Program-made: the position numbers and the translations under genes
Source: Candidatus Micrarchaeota archaeon
Lineage (GTDB): Archaea > Micrarchaeota > Micrarchaeia > Anstonellales > Bilamarchaeaceae
DNA: 50,773 nt
Direction: 5' to 3'
Assembly (NCBI GenBank): GCA_043827025.1
Contig: JBDRPL010000020.1
Coordinates: forward strand, 1-50,773
Notes under the pieces: model-generated
Databases searched by the model: none
What the model was told of the DNA's origin: nothing
Seen by the model: the letters and a program-made list of their open reading frames with translations, nothing else
Part shown: piece by piece, positions 9,687 through 19,646 of the stretch
Layout of the letters: every line of letters starts with the position of its first letter
How positions within the stretch are numbered: position 1 is the first letter of the stretch

Positions 9687-12600
9687 ATGGTAAAAGTACA
9701 AAAGAGGCTGCAAAATTATCTTGTCCTGAATAAGTATCTCTCCTCTCTGTTCGGATTCAAGGACATGGATGATTTCCGGAACCAGCTGAGGTTTGTCAAG
9801 GAAGGTATAAACGAGCATAGCAAGCATCATTGTACTGAAGCATTGCAGCAGCTGAAAATCAAGGAGGAATTAAAGCAGGATCTCAACCAGTATGATGAGG
9901 AGATACAGAAGTACCTGAAGCAAATCAATGAGAAAAGGGATCCCCCGATAGTCCTTAAATACTTTCAGTACGTTGCTGTGCTATTCACTGAGATTTATCT
10001 TGACAGATACTTCAACAGGTTTGATTCGTTTCTAAATGAATACTTAACTTTCATCAAGGATATTGAAAATAAGGAAGGTAAGGTGTATCCTAAGCCATCA
10101 TTAGATAGTTTCCAGAAGCTGGCTTTCTGGTCTGCTACAGGCTCAGGGAAAACGCTTGTGATGCACATAAATTACCTTCAGATAAAGAAATATCTTAAGG
10201 CAAGCAAAAACTATCAGCATATAGACAACATCCTTCTAATAACGCCAAATGAAGGCCTGAGCAAGCAGCATATAGAAGAGTTAAATCTGAGCTCGATTCA
10301 AAACAAGAGGTTTGAGGTGCAGAGAACGCTTGAAGACTGGTCACTTAGCGATCCTGTCAAGGTTATTGAGATAACGAAAATAAAGAAAGAAGTCTCCTCC
10401 CAGGATGGGACAACTGTGCCTGTGGAGGCCTTTGGCGAAAATAACGTGGTTTTTGTAGATGAAGGCCATAAGGGAAGCCATGGGACTGAATGGAAGTCTA
10501 ATAGGGAAGCATTGATAGGAAAAAAGGGGTTTATCTTTGAATATAGCGCTACCCTTGGGGAGATCTCAACAAAGGAGGATCTGTTCAATGAGTATGCAAC
10601 TTCAATAATCTTTGACTACAGGTACAAGTACTTCTATGAGGACGGGTTTGGCAAGGATTATCAGATACTTAACCTGAAGAACACTGATGATTATGGAGAT
10701 GAGTATTTTGTCGGTGCCTTACTTTCACTTTACGAGCAGAAGCTTTACTTCAAGAATTATGACCGGCAAATTAAGGCATTCAATCTTTACAATCCTCTCA
10801 TGATTTTTGTAGGAAGCAGCGTGTCCGGTGGCAGGACTAAGGACGTGTTTGAGGTTGTCAAGTTCCTTGGTCGCTTCATCAACGAGAAAGAAGCCTTTGC
10901 CAGACATATTAAGAACATACTCACAAACAAGTCAAGTCTAGTAGATAAGGACAATGAAAGGATATTTGATAAGAAGTTCTTCTACCTGCGCGAGCTGATC
11001 AACAACAAGACTAAGAGTGTAGATGATTTCTATGATGACATGAAGAAAACCTTGTTTCATGCGAAGTCATCTAAAACACTCAGGCTGAAGGAATTAAAGA
11101 ATGCTGATGGTGAGATAGGTCTGAAATTTGACGACGAGTTCTTTGGTGTTATCAATATAGGAGATGTGCCCTCCTTCCTTAAACTGATTGAAACCGAGGA
11201 TATTGAATATCTGAAGAAAGATTCCCCGGATAATTTTGAGCAGTCACTGTTCAGGAAGATTGAAAAGACTAACTCAAGGATAAACTTCCTCATTGGATCC
11301 AAGAAATTTATTGAAGGCTGGAACTCATACAGGGTGTCGGCCATGGGATTGTTGAATATCGGGAAGCAAGAAGGTTCCCAGATCATACAGTTGTTCGGAA
11401 GGGGAGTAAGGCTTAGGGGGTATGACCGGTTGCTCAAAAGAAGCTATTCTCTGGAGAATGAAGGATCTTTGCCTGGAGATGTATCTATACCTAAGAACAT
11501 GAATATCCTTGAAACTCTCAATATTTTCGGTCTTAATGCAAATTACATGGCTACTTTCAGGGAGACTTTGAAGGAGGAAGGTATTGAGGAGTACGAAAAA
11601 TTCTCTCTTGAAATCGTTGGCAATGTTCCAATGAAGCCAAAGCTGTATATCCCAACACTAAGCGATAAATCAGGCACATTTGTTGAAGAGGAGGCAATTA
11701 CTGATTTTCAAACTAATATCTCTCTGGTCACGCTTGACCTAAGCTCAAAGATAGAGATAGTGGAATCTGAAAACAAGACACTTAAGGCAGTAGATGCAGT
11801 TTCGCCGATTACCACAAACAAGCTTAGTAAGGATATTCTGGAGCTACTGGATTATGACGAGATTTTTGTAGAACTACTTAAGTACAAGGACTTGAAGAAG
11901 TACATCAACTTCTACTTCACAAAGGATGATTTGAGAGAGCTCCTGGCTTCAAAGGATTACTGTATATTATGCAAGAAAGAGCTGATCTGCCTTATGGAGG
12001 ATGAATCATTCTCAAAGATAGAAAAAATACAGCAGTATGCTATCCAGATTTTGAAGACAATTATGGATAGGACTTTTACTCATAAGAAAAGCGAATGGTA
12101 TCAAAGAAACCTTAACCTGGAACCTGTTTCTGAATCTGATCCAAAATTAATCCCAAAGGAGTATGTTTTCACTGTGAATGCGGATGCAAGGAATCTTATC
12201 ATTGATACAAGAAATCTTATTGCAAAACTACAGGATTATCTAAGAATAAAAAAAGAGTCAAATGAACTATATGAGAAAACAGATCATTTCCCGTATGAAG
12301 GTACAAACATAATAAGCTTCTTTGCCGACAATATCCATCTTTTCAGGCCATTGATTTACATCTCAGAAGATAAAAAATTGAATTTCCTTAAAATCAACCC
12401 AACAAGCCTTGTAGAGAGCGAGAGGGATTTTGTCAATGATATAGAGAAATATATCGGGAATCATAAGGAGATTACTAAAGCGTTCTTATTAAGAAACCCA
12501 TCCAGGAAAGGGGTTGGATTTTTGGTAGACACAAATAACTTCTATCCAGATTTCATCCTCTGGTTGTTTGTTGGAGAGATGCAGCACATTATTTTCATTG

Positions 12601-12893
12601 ATCCGAAAGGCCTAGCTATGGTTGATAAGGACGATAAGAAACTAGAGCTTTGCAAGGATATCAAGATTATCGAGGAAAAGCTTAACAAGGCTTCAGACCT
12701 AAAGATTAAGCTACATTCCTTTATCCTGGCCATAAACACTTTTGAGGAGCTGAAGGCGAAATGGGGAGTCCAAAGGCAGGATCTAATTGATAAGAATATC
12801 TTGCTCATGAAAGAGGAGAATTATCTTGATTTAATCTTTCAAGTGGCATACATAAGTTCAAAAGATATAAACGGTAAAAGCATAATCTTATGA
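9687..12893 (+). CDS. res: Type III restriction endonuclease (Res): SF2 helicase plus PD-(D/E)xK nuclease
   Basis: ATGSGKT, DEGH, YSAT, EGWN, QLFGRGVR; FYPDFILW...IDPKG. Confidence 0.9.
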   Translation: MVKVQKRLQNYLVLNKYLSSLFGFKDMDDFRNQLRFVKEGINEHSKHHCTEALQQLKIKEELKQDLNQYDEEIQKYLKQINEKRDPPIVLKYFQYVAVLFTEIYLDRYFNRFDSFLNEYLTFIKDIENKEGKVYPKPSLDSFQKLAFWSATGSGKTLVMHINYLQIKKYLKASKNYQHIDNILLITPNEGLSKQHIEELNLSSIQNKRFEVQRTLEDWSLSDPVKVIEITKIKKEVSSQDGTTVPVEAFGENNVVFVDEGHKGSHGTEWKSNREALIGKKGFIFEYSATLGEISTKEDLFNEYATSIIFDYRYKYFYEDGFGKDYQILNLKNTDDYGDEYFVGALLSLYEQKLYFKNYDRQIKAFNLYNPLMIFVGSSVSGGRTKDVFEVVKFLGRFINEKEAFARHIKNILTNKSSLVDKDNERIFDKKFFYLRELINNKTKSVDDFYDDMKKTLFHAKSSKTLRLKELKNADGEIGLKFDDEFFGVINIGDVPSFLKLIETEDIEYLKKDSPDNFEQSLFRKIEKTNSRINFLIGSKKFIEGWNSYRVSAMGLLNIGKQEGSQIIQLFGRGVRLRGYDRLLKRSYSLENEGSLPGDVSIPKNMNILETLNIFGLNANYMATFRETLKEEGIEEYEKFSLEIVGNVPMKPKLYIPTLSDKSGTFVEEEAITDFQTNISLVTLDLSSKIEIVESENKTLKAVDAVSPITTNKLSKDILELLDYDEIFVELLKYKDLKKYINFYFTKDDLRELLASKDYCILCKKELICLMEDESFSKIEKIQQYAIQILKTIMDRTFTHKKSEWYQRNLNLEPVSESDPKLIPKEYVFTVNADARNLIIDTRNLIAKLQDYLRIKKESNELYEKTDHFPYEGTNIISFFADNIHLFRPLIYISEDKKLNFLKINPTSLVESERDFVNDIEKYIGNHKEITKAFLLRNPSRKGVGFLVDTNNFYPDFILWLFVGEMQHIIFIDPKGLAMVDKDDKKLELCKDIKIIEEKLNKASDLKIKLHSFILAINTFEELKAKWGVQRQDLIDKNILLMKEENYLDLIFQVAYISSKDINGKSIIL

Positions 12894-12905
12894 TAAGGTG
12901 ATAAC

Positions 12906-14594
12906 ATGGACAGTCAAAAAATCATTGAAGAGGGAAAATTATCTCTAAAGATAGACAATAAAGTGATTAGTCATTTGAGTATCGGTCTGTACAAGAACTT
13001 TTCGAGAGCTATTAAAGAATTAGTATCAAATGCCTATGATGCTGATGCCACAGAAGTAAAAATCAATCTTGATATCAAGAAAAGGAAACTCTACATCAAA
13101 GACAATGGAAAGGGGATGAATAAAGAGAAGATTGAGGAGAAATTACTTACAATTGGAAGCATGACTTCCAGAAAAGATGAAAACATAGGGCTTGGAAGAA
13201 AAAGGATAGGTCAGTTTGGGGTAGGATTTTTAGCAGTGTTTCCGTATTGCAAGACTGTTAGAGTAGTAAGTAAAAAGAAAGGAGAGAAAAATGCAATAGA
13301 AGTTATGATTCAGGTTAACAAATATTTTCAAAATAACTCTTGGATTCACGACCCAGAAGAAAAAGACATTGATTACAAGATTACTCCGAGCCTTTTACCA
13401 GAAGGACATGGAGAAACAATTATAGTGCTTGAGGAAATTGAAGACCATATAATCGCAAATGAACTCAATAAGTTAAAAGGTTCAGGATACAGCTCAATCG
13501 AACAATATGGTGGCTTTGAAAAAACAAAATGGGAGTTGCAGCAATATCTTCCGCTCCAATTCCCTAGCAGATACCCTGAGTTAATTAATTATTTTAAAGT
13601 TGAAGGTAGAGTCCCTCTGAGGGTATGGTTTGATGGAGAAGAACTAATTCGCAACGTTGCGGAAGGTCCAAAAAACAAAAAATCTGAAATACTTGAAAAA
13701 GGGGAAAAAACATTTGGTTCCGTCATTGTAAAATATGCCATACTTTCTCCATATACGTCTATTAACCCGAGAGAAGCAAGGGGGTTTCAGCTGAGATTAA
13801 ATGATGTAGGAATAGGTCTGCCTACAGATTTTGATGTAATGAAACTAAAGAGAGTTTTGGGGAAAATTCATTATTTCTCTGGAGAGATTGATATTATAAG
13901 TGGCCTAGACTCAGATCTAATGTTGGATCGTGATGGATTTTACTATACAAAGGAAGTATCAAACATATATGAATTCTTCAGGAACAAACTGACTCAATGG
14001 GAAGGAAAACTGCAAACCACTGCAAAAGAAGATAAAGAGGCTTATGAAACTTTGTCTAAGTTAACAAATGAATCAAAGTACATTGAAGAATTCAAAAAAG
14101 CGGGAATAATTAAACTCGACAAAGCGAGTTTAAGAATAAAGAAAAATCCAATTACCAAAACAAGAAAAGCCGCTATTTCTAACATCTCTAGACAATTGGA
14201 TTCTATTCTGACAAAAAAGGGATTTAAAGTTGAAAGAAAAAAGGCCTCAACAGATTTAAAAAAATCTATTGAAATAAATAAAGCATCAAAAGTAATCACC
14301 ATATTTGAAGATGAAAAAACCCTTTCTGAAAAAATAGTTATTGACGGAAATGAGTTTCTCTTTAAATATGATACATGGGATAGAGAAAAGCATGATGATC
14401 CAATATGTGATATTGACTATCAGAAGTATACTGCGGTATTCAATAAAAATCATCCTTTGTTTAAAACAAGTCTCTCTAATTCCATAATCGTAGAGCTAAT
14501 ATTAAGGTTAAAAACGGTCAGTATGAAAAACAAGCTATCGATTGACACGTTGAACAAGATCTATGGAGCTATTGAAAGAACATTTTCAAAATAA
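12906..14594 (+). CDS. GHKL (HATPase_c/MORC-like) ATPase
   Basis: AIKELVSNAYDADA, DNGKGM, IGQFGVGF, GET; C-terminal NKNHPLF. Confidence 0.88.
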   Translation: MDSQKIIEEGKLSLKIDNKVISHLSIGLYKNFSRAIKELVSNAYDADATEVKINLDIKKRKLYIKDNGKGMNKEKIEEKLLTIGSMTSRKDENIGLGRKRIGQFGVGFLAVFPYCKTVRVVSKKKGEKNAIEVMIQVNKYFQNNSWIHDPEEKDIDYKITPSLLPEGHGETIIVLEEIEDHIIANELNKLKGSGYSSIEQYGGFEKTKWELQQYLPLQFPSRYPELINYFKVEGRVPLRVWFDGEELIRNVAEGPKNKKSEILEKGEKTFGSVIVKYAILSPYTSINPREARGFQLRLNDVGIGLPTDFDVMKLKRVLGKIHYFSGEIDIISGLDSDLMLDRDGFYYTKEVSNIYEFFRNKLTQWEGKLQTTAKEDKEAYETLSKLTNESKYIEEFKKAGIIKLDKASLRIKKNPITKTRKAAISNISRQLDSILTKKGFKVERKKASTDLKKSIEINKASKVITIFEDEKTLSEKIVIDGNEFLFKYDTWDREKHDDPICDIDYQKYTAVFNKNHPLFKTSLSNSIIVELILRLKTVSMKNKLSIDTLNKIYGAIERTFSK

Positions 14595-14595
14595 A

Positions 14596-15318
14596 ATGGA
14601 AACCGAGATTCTTAAGTTAAAAACAACTTTAGTAAAGAATTTTTGGAGAGATGAACTTATTAAGGTTGGCTCACTAATCTCAAATAGCAAAAAAAAGAAT
14701 TTAAAAGTACTAACTCTAACAAATTCAAGGAATATTGAAGAAGTTAGTTTACTAACAAAGGAATACCTCTCCTCAAAGGAGTTCTTGTTTGCATGGTGTA
14801 ATAACTCAACAGAAGCGTATAGTCTAGCCTCTGAAGGAAAATTTAAAGATGTGGTAGAAGCAGCGAATTTTGAGGAGTGCTTTACAGATTGTCCTGATCA
14901 TGAAATATTTAATGAGTTCCCTTTTTGTATTTGCAATCTTGATTTTACATCACAAGATATTGCAGCTAACTCAGGAAGAATTGAAAAGGAATTACTGTCA
15001 ATTGAAAAATTAGTGCAAAAGCAGATAATGACTGGAAGTGCCAAGAATTGGTTATTAATTTATACTTCAATTATTGATGATAATAATGTAGATTCTCAAG
15101 CAGTTAAGTCTAACTCTGACAGAATTAGTGTAACTGGTTGGAGGGGTATCACATTTACAATTAATCCAAGAACCACATCACAAGAAGAAGTTAAGAGACT
15201 GATTGATGAATGCCTTGCAGAATTGCTAAAAAAATACAACCTTTCTTCCGAAGTAAAAACATTCACAAAAAGAATTAACTCCCATGAGATTATTTCAAAA
15301 ACACTATTGTTCAAATAA
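14596..15318 (+). CDS. Hypothetical protein, possible class I SAM-methyltransferase-like fold
   Basis: Rossmann-like strand pattern LKVLTL / FLFAW / FPFCICNLDF / WLLIYT; ATG immediately after the GHKL stop. Confidence 0.45.
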   Translation: METEILKLKTTLVKNFWRDELIKVGSLISNSKKKNLKVLTLTNSRNIEEVSLLTKEYLSSKEFLFAWCNNSTEAYSLASEGKFKDVVEAANFEECFTDCPDHEIFNEFPFCICNLDFTSQDIAANSGRIEKELLSIEKLVQKQIMTGSAKNWLLIYTSIIDDNNVDSQAVKSNSDRISVTGWRGITFTINPRTTSQEEVKRLIDECLAELLKKYNLSSEVKTFTKRINSHEIISKTLLFK

Positions 15319-15320
15319 AG

Positions 15321-16103
15321 GTGACAAGCATGCGAAAAATCACGATTAGCAAATTACCTAAACTACTTCAAACGGTTCATAAAGCTCAAGTTAAATGGAA
15401 GAATGATAACTATTCAGAATCAGTTCATGACTTTCAGAATGAAATTGAAAGTATTCTTGAGTTGCTAAACTTATATGCAAAATGGAAGAGTAAGTTTCAT
15501 GATGAAAAAATAACCCAGAAGATGTTCCCAGAAATTTTTATGGATGGTATAAGCAGCCTTCATTTTGCTCTTCTAGGATTGTATAAATATTCAAACATGT
15601 GTTTAAGATCTCAGCTTGAAACAGCCTTAAGGTTAATATATTTTATCGATCATAAGCGAGAATACAATTGGTGGCTTCAGGATAATGAATGGTATAGAAA
15701 ACAATCGCTTAGTTATGTCTGGGGTAGTGATTTTAGCTATTTTAAAGAGCTTAAAAACATAAGGGATTTTGATAATGCATGTGATGGTCCCAAAAAGATA
15801 TTCTCTGCAAAGAAAAAAAAGGGAGACCTATTGGAAAATATATATGGACAATTATCTAAATCAATACATGCAAGCGCAACTCATTTTCAAACGTCAACTG
15901 GTAGGTATTCTCCAAGATATACCAAAAACAAAATGGAGGAATGGATTTCTAACTTTAAGAAAATTCAGTGTTACATCTTTATCTGTTTAATCCTGGTTTT
16001 CCCTGAAGAATTCAAAAAAATGATTGCCTCAGACCAGGATGTAATACTAAATAAAGGAATTGGAGATGCTGATTTTATCAGAATAATCAAAACAGTAATT
16101 TAA
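15321..16103 (+). CDS. HEPN-like domain protein
   Basis: Helical, GLYKYSNMCLRSQLE...YGQLSKSIHA pattern typical of divergent HEPN domains. Confidence 0.55.
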   Translation: MTSMRKITISKLPKLLQTVHKAQVKWKNDNYSESVHDFQNEIESILELLNLYAKWKSKFHDEKITQKMFPEIFMDGISSLHFALLGLYKYSNMCLRSQLETALRLIYFIDHKREYNWWLQDNEWYRKQSLSYVWGSDFSYFKELKNIRDFDNACDGPKKIFSAKKKKGDLLENIYGQLSKSIHASATHFQTSTGRYSPRYTKNKMEEWISNFKKIQCYIFICLILVFPEEFKKMIASDQDVILNKGIGDADFIRIIKTVI

Positions 16104-16104
16104 A

Positions 16105-17166
16105 ATGGTAAGCAAAAAGAAACTAAATTATCCTTCGACTCGATATCAGGGTAGTAAAAGACGTATTCTACCTTGGTTAGAGTCTGTATTTATGGATCTT
16201 GACTTTAATACTGTTCTGGATGGATTTGGTGGGACGGGTAGTGTAAGTTACCTTTTCAAGTTAATGGGGAAAACAGTAACCTATAATGATATATTAAAAT
16301 CTAATCACCAATCAGGTATTGCCTTAATAGAAAACTCAAATATTTTACTTACTGATGAAGACATCGAATTTCTATTCAATGAAGATGAACCCAGTTATCC
16401 TGGAGTTGTGTCTAATAATTACAAGGATATTTACTTCCTTGATGATGAAAATGAACAAGTCGACAGAATAAGACATAAAATCGAAAGCTTTTCAAGGTTG
16501 TACTCGGGTACAGAACTTCGCATCAAAAAGGCGTTGGCTTATCATATCTTTTTTCAGTCGTGCCTATCAAAGAGACCATTTAACTTATTTCATAGAAAAA
16601 ACCTAATTTTAAGAAAAAGAGACGTGAAAAGAAGTTTTGGGAATAAAAAAACATGGGACAAACCTTTTAGGGAGCATTTTGAGAGTTTTAATAAGGAATA
16701 CTCTAAGTATGTATTTTGCAATGGAAAGATAAACAAGGCCATTAACAAGGATATATTTCAAATTAGACAGAAATTTGATTTGGTTTACTTGGATCCCCCT
16801 TACAATCGTAAACACGAGCCACATCCTCAAAACTATGCTGATATGTATCATTTTCTAGAAGGAATAATGAATTATGATATATGGGAGAAGAATATTGATT
16901 CATCTCGCACCCATAGACCATTCTCATTACTGCCAAACACTTGGAACAACGACGTAATTAAGAACTTTAAAACAATATTTAGCAATTTTTCTGATTCAAT
17001 AATTGTTATATCATATGGGAACAAAGGAAAGCCCACAATTAACACCATAGTGAATCAATTAAAGAAGTACAAGAAAGAGGTTAGAACAATATCCAAATCA
17101 TATTCTTATAAGCTCAACCGGAACAATGGAAAAGGATACCGTGAAGTATTAATTATCGGAAAGTAA
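16105..17166 (+). CDS. Dam/D12-class N6-adenine DNA methyltransferase
   Basis: RYQGSK, DGFGGTGSV, VYLDPPY. Confidence 0.9.
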   Translation: MVSKKKLNYPSTRYQGSKRRILPWLESVFMDLDFNTVLDGFGGTGSVSYLFKLMGKTVTYNDILKSNHQSGIALIENSNILLTDEDIEFLFNEDEPSYPGVVSNNYKDIYFLDDENEQVDRIRHKIESFSRLYSGTELRIKKALAYHIFFQSCLSKRPFNLFHRKNLILRKRDVKRSFGNKKTWDKPFREHFESFNKEYSKYVFCNGKINKAINKDIFQIRQKFDLVYLDPPYNRKHEPHPQNYADMYHFLEGIMNYDIWEKNIDSSRTHRPFSLLPNTWNNDVIKNFKTIFSNFSDSIIVISYGNKGKPTINTIVNQLKKYKKEVRTISKSYSYKLNRNNGKGYREVLIIGK

Positions 17167-17201
17167 ACCAGGTAGGCTGCATGAACTAAGCAGTACAATA
17201 C

Positions 17202-17336
17202 TTATAAGACCTCATAATCAACGATTTCCCCACTACGGAGCCTGCTGTTCATGAGATTGACAAAATCATCATTGTAGCAATGTGCGCTTATGAGAACTTT
17301 AGAGCCGTCTTTCCTTTTCGCCAATATCTTGATTAT
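17202..17336 (-). CDS. Possible 44-aa protein with non-canonical (ATA) start
   Basis: IIKILAKRKDGSKVLISAHCYNDDFVNLMNSRLRSGEIVDYEVL, preceded by AGGTGA RBS and a hairpin (17350-17385); no ATG at the expected position. Confidence 0.35.
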   Translation of the reverse strand: MIKILAKRKDGSKVLISAHCYNDDFVNLMNSRLRSGEIVDYEVL

Positions 17337-17387
17337 TAGAACTCACCTTCTGAAATTTTATTTCACTAACTTAAGAAAATTTCAGGG

Positions 17388-19592
17388 CTACTCGTTAACT
17401 CCCTTATCCTTAGTAATGAAAACAGGTTGGAATCTGAACTTCAGTCCTGCCAATTCCTTTTCAATCGCTTTCTTGTTGCGCTTGTAGAATGATTTTATTT
17501 GTTCCTTATCTCCCTCAGCAATAGTCATATGTGCCTTGAACGGGAAGTCTGCTTTGTACAGGCTTGCAAGGTATTTCTCAATATCTTTATCTTCAGTTCG
17601 GCCTTTAACAGCATGGAGATTGCCAAGAATTGCAACAATCTTGTTGCTGAACATCTGGATCTTTTTTGATTCCGCTTCCAGTTCAAACTGGTACTTGTCT
17701 TGAAGGATCCGCATGCATTCCTCTTTTGACATTTGCTTTGGAGGCTGAAGGGTCACATGGTACACTTTGTGGGGCTTTGCTGAGCCGTCATAGGGTATCA
17801 GACCTGATTTTTTCACCAGTTCAGTAATGATTTCAAGGTTGGTTTGATCAGTAAGCATCATGGCAAGGAAGCGTCTCTCTGCGCCGCCTTTGAGGTACTC
17901 GCCAAAATTCTCGTGTTTCTTCATGATGAAGGACAAACTATTGCTGTAAGACGTGTTCTTGTATTGCTCGCTTGAGTCTTTCCATTTGGTGCAGCCAGAG
18001 TTGTCTAATATATGAAATATTGCGTCCTTGTCAAACTGATAATAGATCAGTTTTGAAATTAGGCTGGCCTCTGCCTCGCTTCTGCTGGCAAAACCCTCTG
18101 TTGATCCTTGGATAAGCATCTTGAGCTTTCTGTCTTTCTGGCAAATGCGCGCAATCTTTTCTTCAACTGTCAAAGCTTCTGCTGTTTCCAATGGCTGAGT
18201 TTTCAGTGATTTGGAAGCCTTTGCAGCCTCTTCATCTGCTGGTAAAGACAAGATATATTCTTTCAGCTTTGGATCCTCATCTCTTTCAAGCGGCTCAACT
18301 GAATAGGTCATCCGGTGCGGCCTAATTATTGGAGTTTCCCTGCCCTTGATTGATTTGGTTCCAATCAGCTTGATGACTCTTGCCAGGTCTCCGATATTGT
18401 CAATTGAGGCATGGATACCATCAGAATATTTTTCCCGTATGGCTCTGTTGAAGTTCTGAATCTGCACATCTATTCTTTCCCTGTTGACATCTGTAATCTC
18501 TATTGAGGGGATTGCCGTCCATAATTGCCAGCCGTTTCCTGACATGCACTTTACTGGCTTTTTGAAGCCCTTGTCAACAAATTCATCCTTGATGATTATG
18601 TCTGCTTGCTCCTCTGCAAGGTCAAGTTCAGCTTGCGTAGCAGGAAGCTTCTTTCTTTCACTGTCAGGCACGCTTTTGTCAGTCCTGATGGCATCTATAT
18701 CTATCACCAGAGTCTTTGCTGATTTGACATCTATGCCTTTTTTTCCACCAGTGTTCCTTTCATTGATGCCCACATAGAAATTGTAGCCTCTCTTTGACCA
18801 CTGCTCAACCAGGTCATAAAGCTCATCCCTGCTCCTGACAAAGAAGCTCCTTACATATCCTTGCATGTTGGGATTGATGAGCCTGATTTCAGTTTCATTC
18901 TCATGCGCCAGGAACCTGTAGCAGTCGCTGATCATTGAATAATCATAGTAAGGCGAGTTCTGCCTTTCTTTTTGAGAATCCGGCATGCTTTTGCCAGGCA
19001 TGCATTTCAAAACCTCAGAAGCAAAGTCCTGCGGGATTTTCCAGATCTTGATCTGTTTTGGATATCTCACTTCATTATACTTGATGTATTTCTTGTTTTT
19101 CAGAGAAAAAATCATGGTCTTGTATGAATCGATACGAACTGATTTGCTTCCTATCTGCAACACTTTGCCATCGTCTTCTTGCATCTTGTAGGAAACCGAA
19201 ACCTGCTGCAATAGTTCTGCCCGGACAAGAATGATCTGTTCAACAATCTTTTTTGCCATCATCAGCGCCGTGATTTCATCTTTTCCAGTAACTTGGTCTT
19301 GTTTTGCTATTGTTTCGAGGTTTGATGCAAATACATGGATGTCAATTCCTTCTCCTGTGTCTGCAATAATATAAGGAATTCCTGCTTTCCAGAAATATGC
19401 AAGGATTTTCTCAGCCCGTGCAGCAACATCTGTGAGCCATATCCTGCTAAGCTCTTTTTTGTCTTTTGGCTCTTCACTTGGCCTTAGTTTTATGACTATT
19501 TCGCTCTTGAGTATGGGCCGTATGCCCTCTTTGCTCTTGATTTCAGTTCCGCTTGCTGATTTCAGCAGCAATTGCCAATCAGACTGAGTCAT
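17388..19592 (-). CDS. AEP-family primase(-polymerase) with degenerate N-terminal AEP-like region, helical domain and C-terminal 2H phosphoesterase
   Basis: YVGINER, VIDIDA, MSGNGWQ, DLARVIKLIGT; SRSEAE helical motif; RFLAM...YHVTL...AHMTIA. Confidence 0.75.
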   Translation of the reverse strand: MTQSDWQLLLKSASGTEIKSKEGIRPILKSEIVIKLRPSEEPKDKKELSRIWLTDVAARAEKILAYFWKAGIPYIIADTGEGIDIHVFASNLETIAKQDQVTGKDEITALMMAKKIVEQIILVRAELLQQVSVSYKMQEDDGKVLQIGSKSVRIDSYKTMIFSLKNKKYIKYNEVRYPKQIKIWKIPQDFASEVLKCMPGKSMPDSQKERQNSPYYDYSMISDCYRFLAHENETEIRLINPNMQGYVRSFFVRSRDELYDLVEQWSKRGYNFYVGINERNTGGKKGIDVKSAKTLVIDIDAIRTDKSVPDSERKKLPATQAELDLAEEQADIIIKDEFVDKGFKKPVKCMSGNGWQLWTAIPSIEITDVNRERIDVQIQNFNRAIREKYSDGIHASIDNIGDLARVIKLIGTKSIKGRETPIIRPHRMTYSVEPLERDEDPKLKEYILSLPADEEAAKASKSLKTQPLETAEALTVEEKIARICQKDRKLKMLIQGSTEGFASRSEAEASLISKLIYYQFDKDAIFHILDNSGCTKWKDSSEQYKNTSYSNSLSFIMKKHENFGEYLKGGAERRFLAMMLTDQTNLEIITELVKKSGLIPYDGSAKPHKVYHVTLQPPKQMSKEECMRILQDKYQFELEAESKKIQMFSNKIVAILGNLHAVKGRTEDKDIEKYLASLYKADFPFKAHMTIAEGDKEQIKSFYKRNKKAIEKELAGLKFRFQPVFITKDKGVNE

Positions 19593-19646
19593 TTATAAAT
19601 GAACATAGGTTCTATACCTTAAAAATTTTCTCTTTCCAACAGGATA

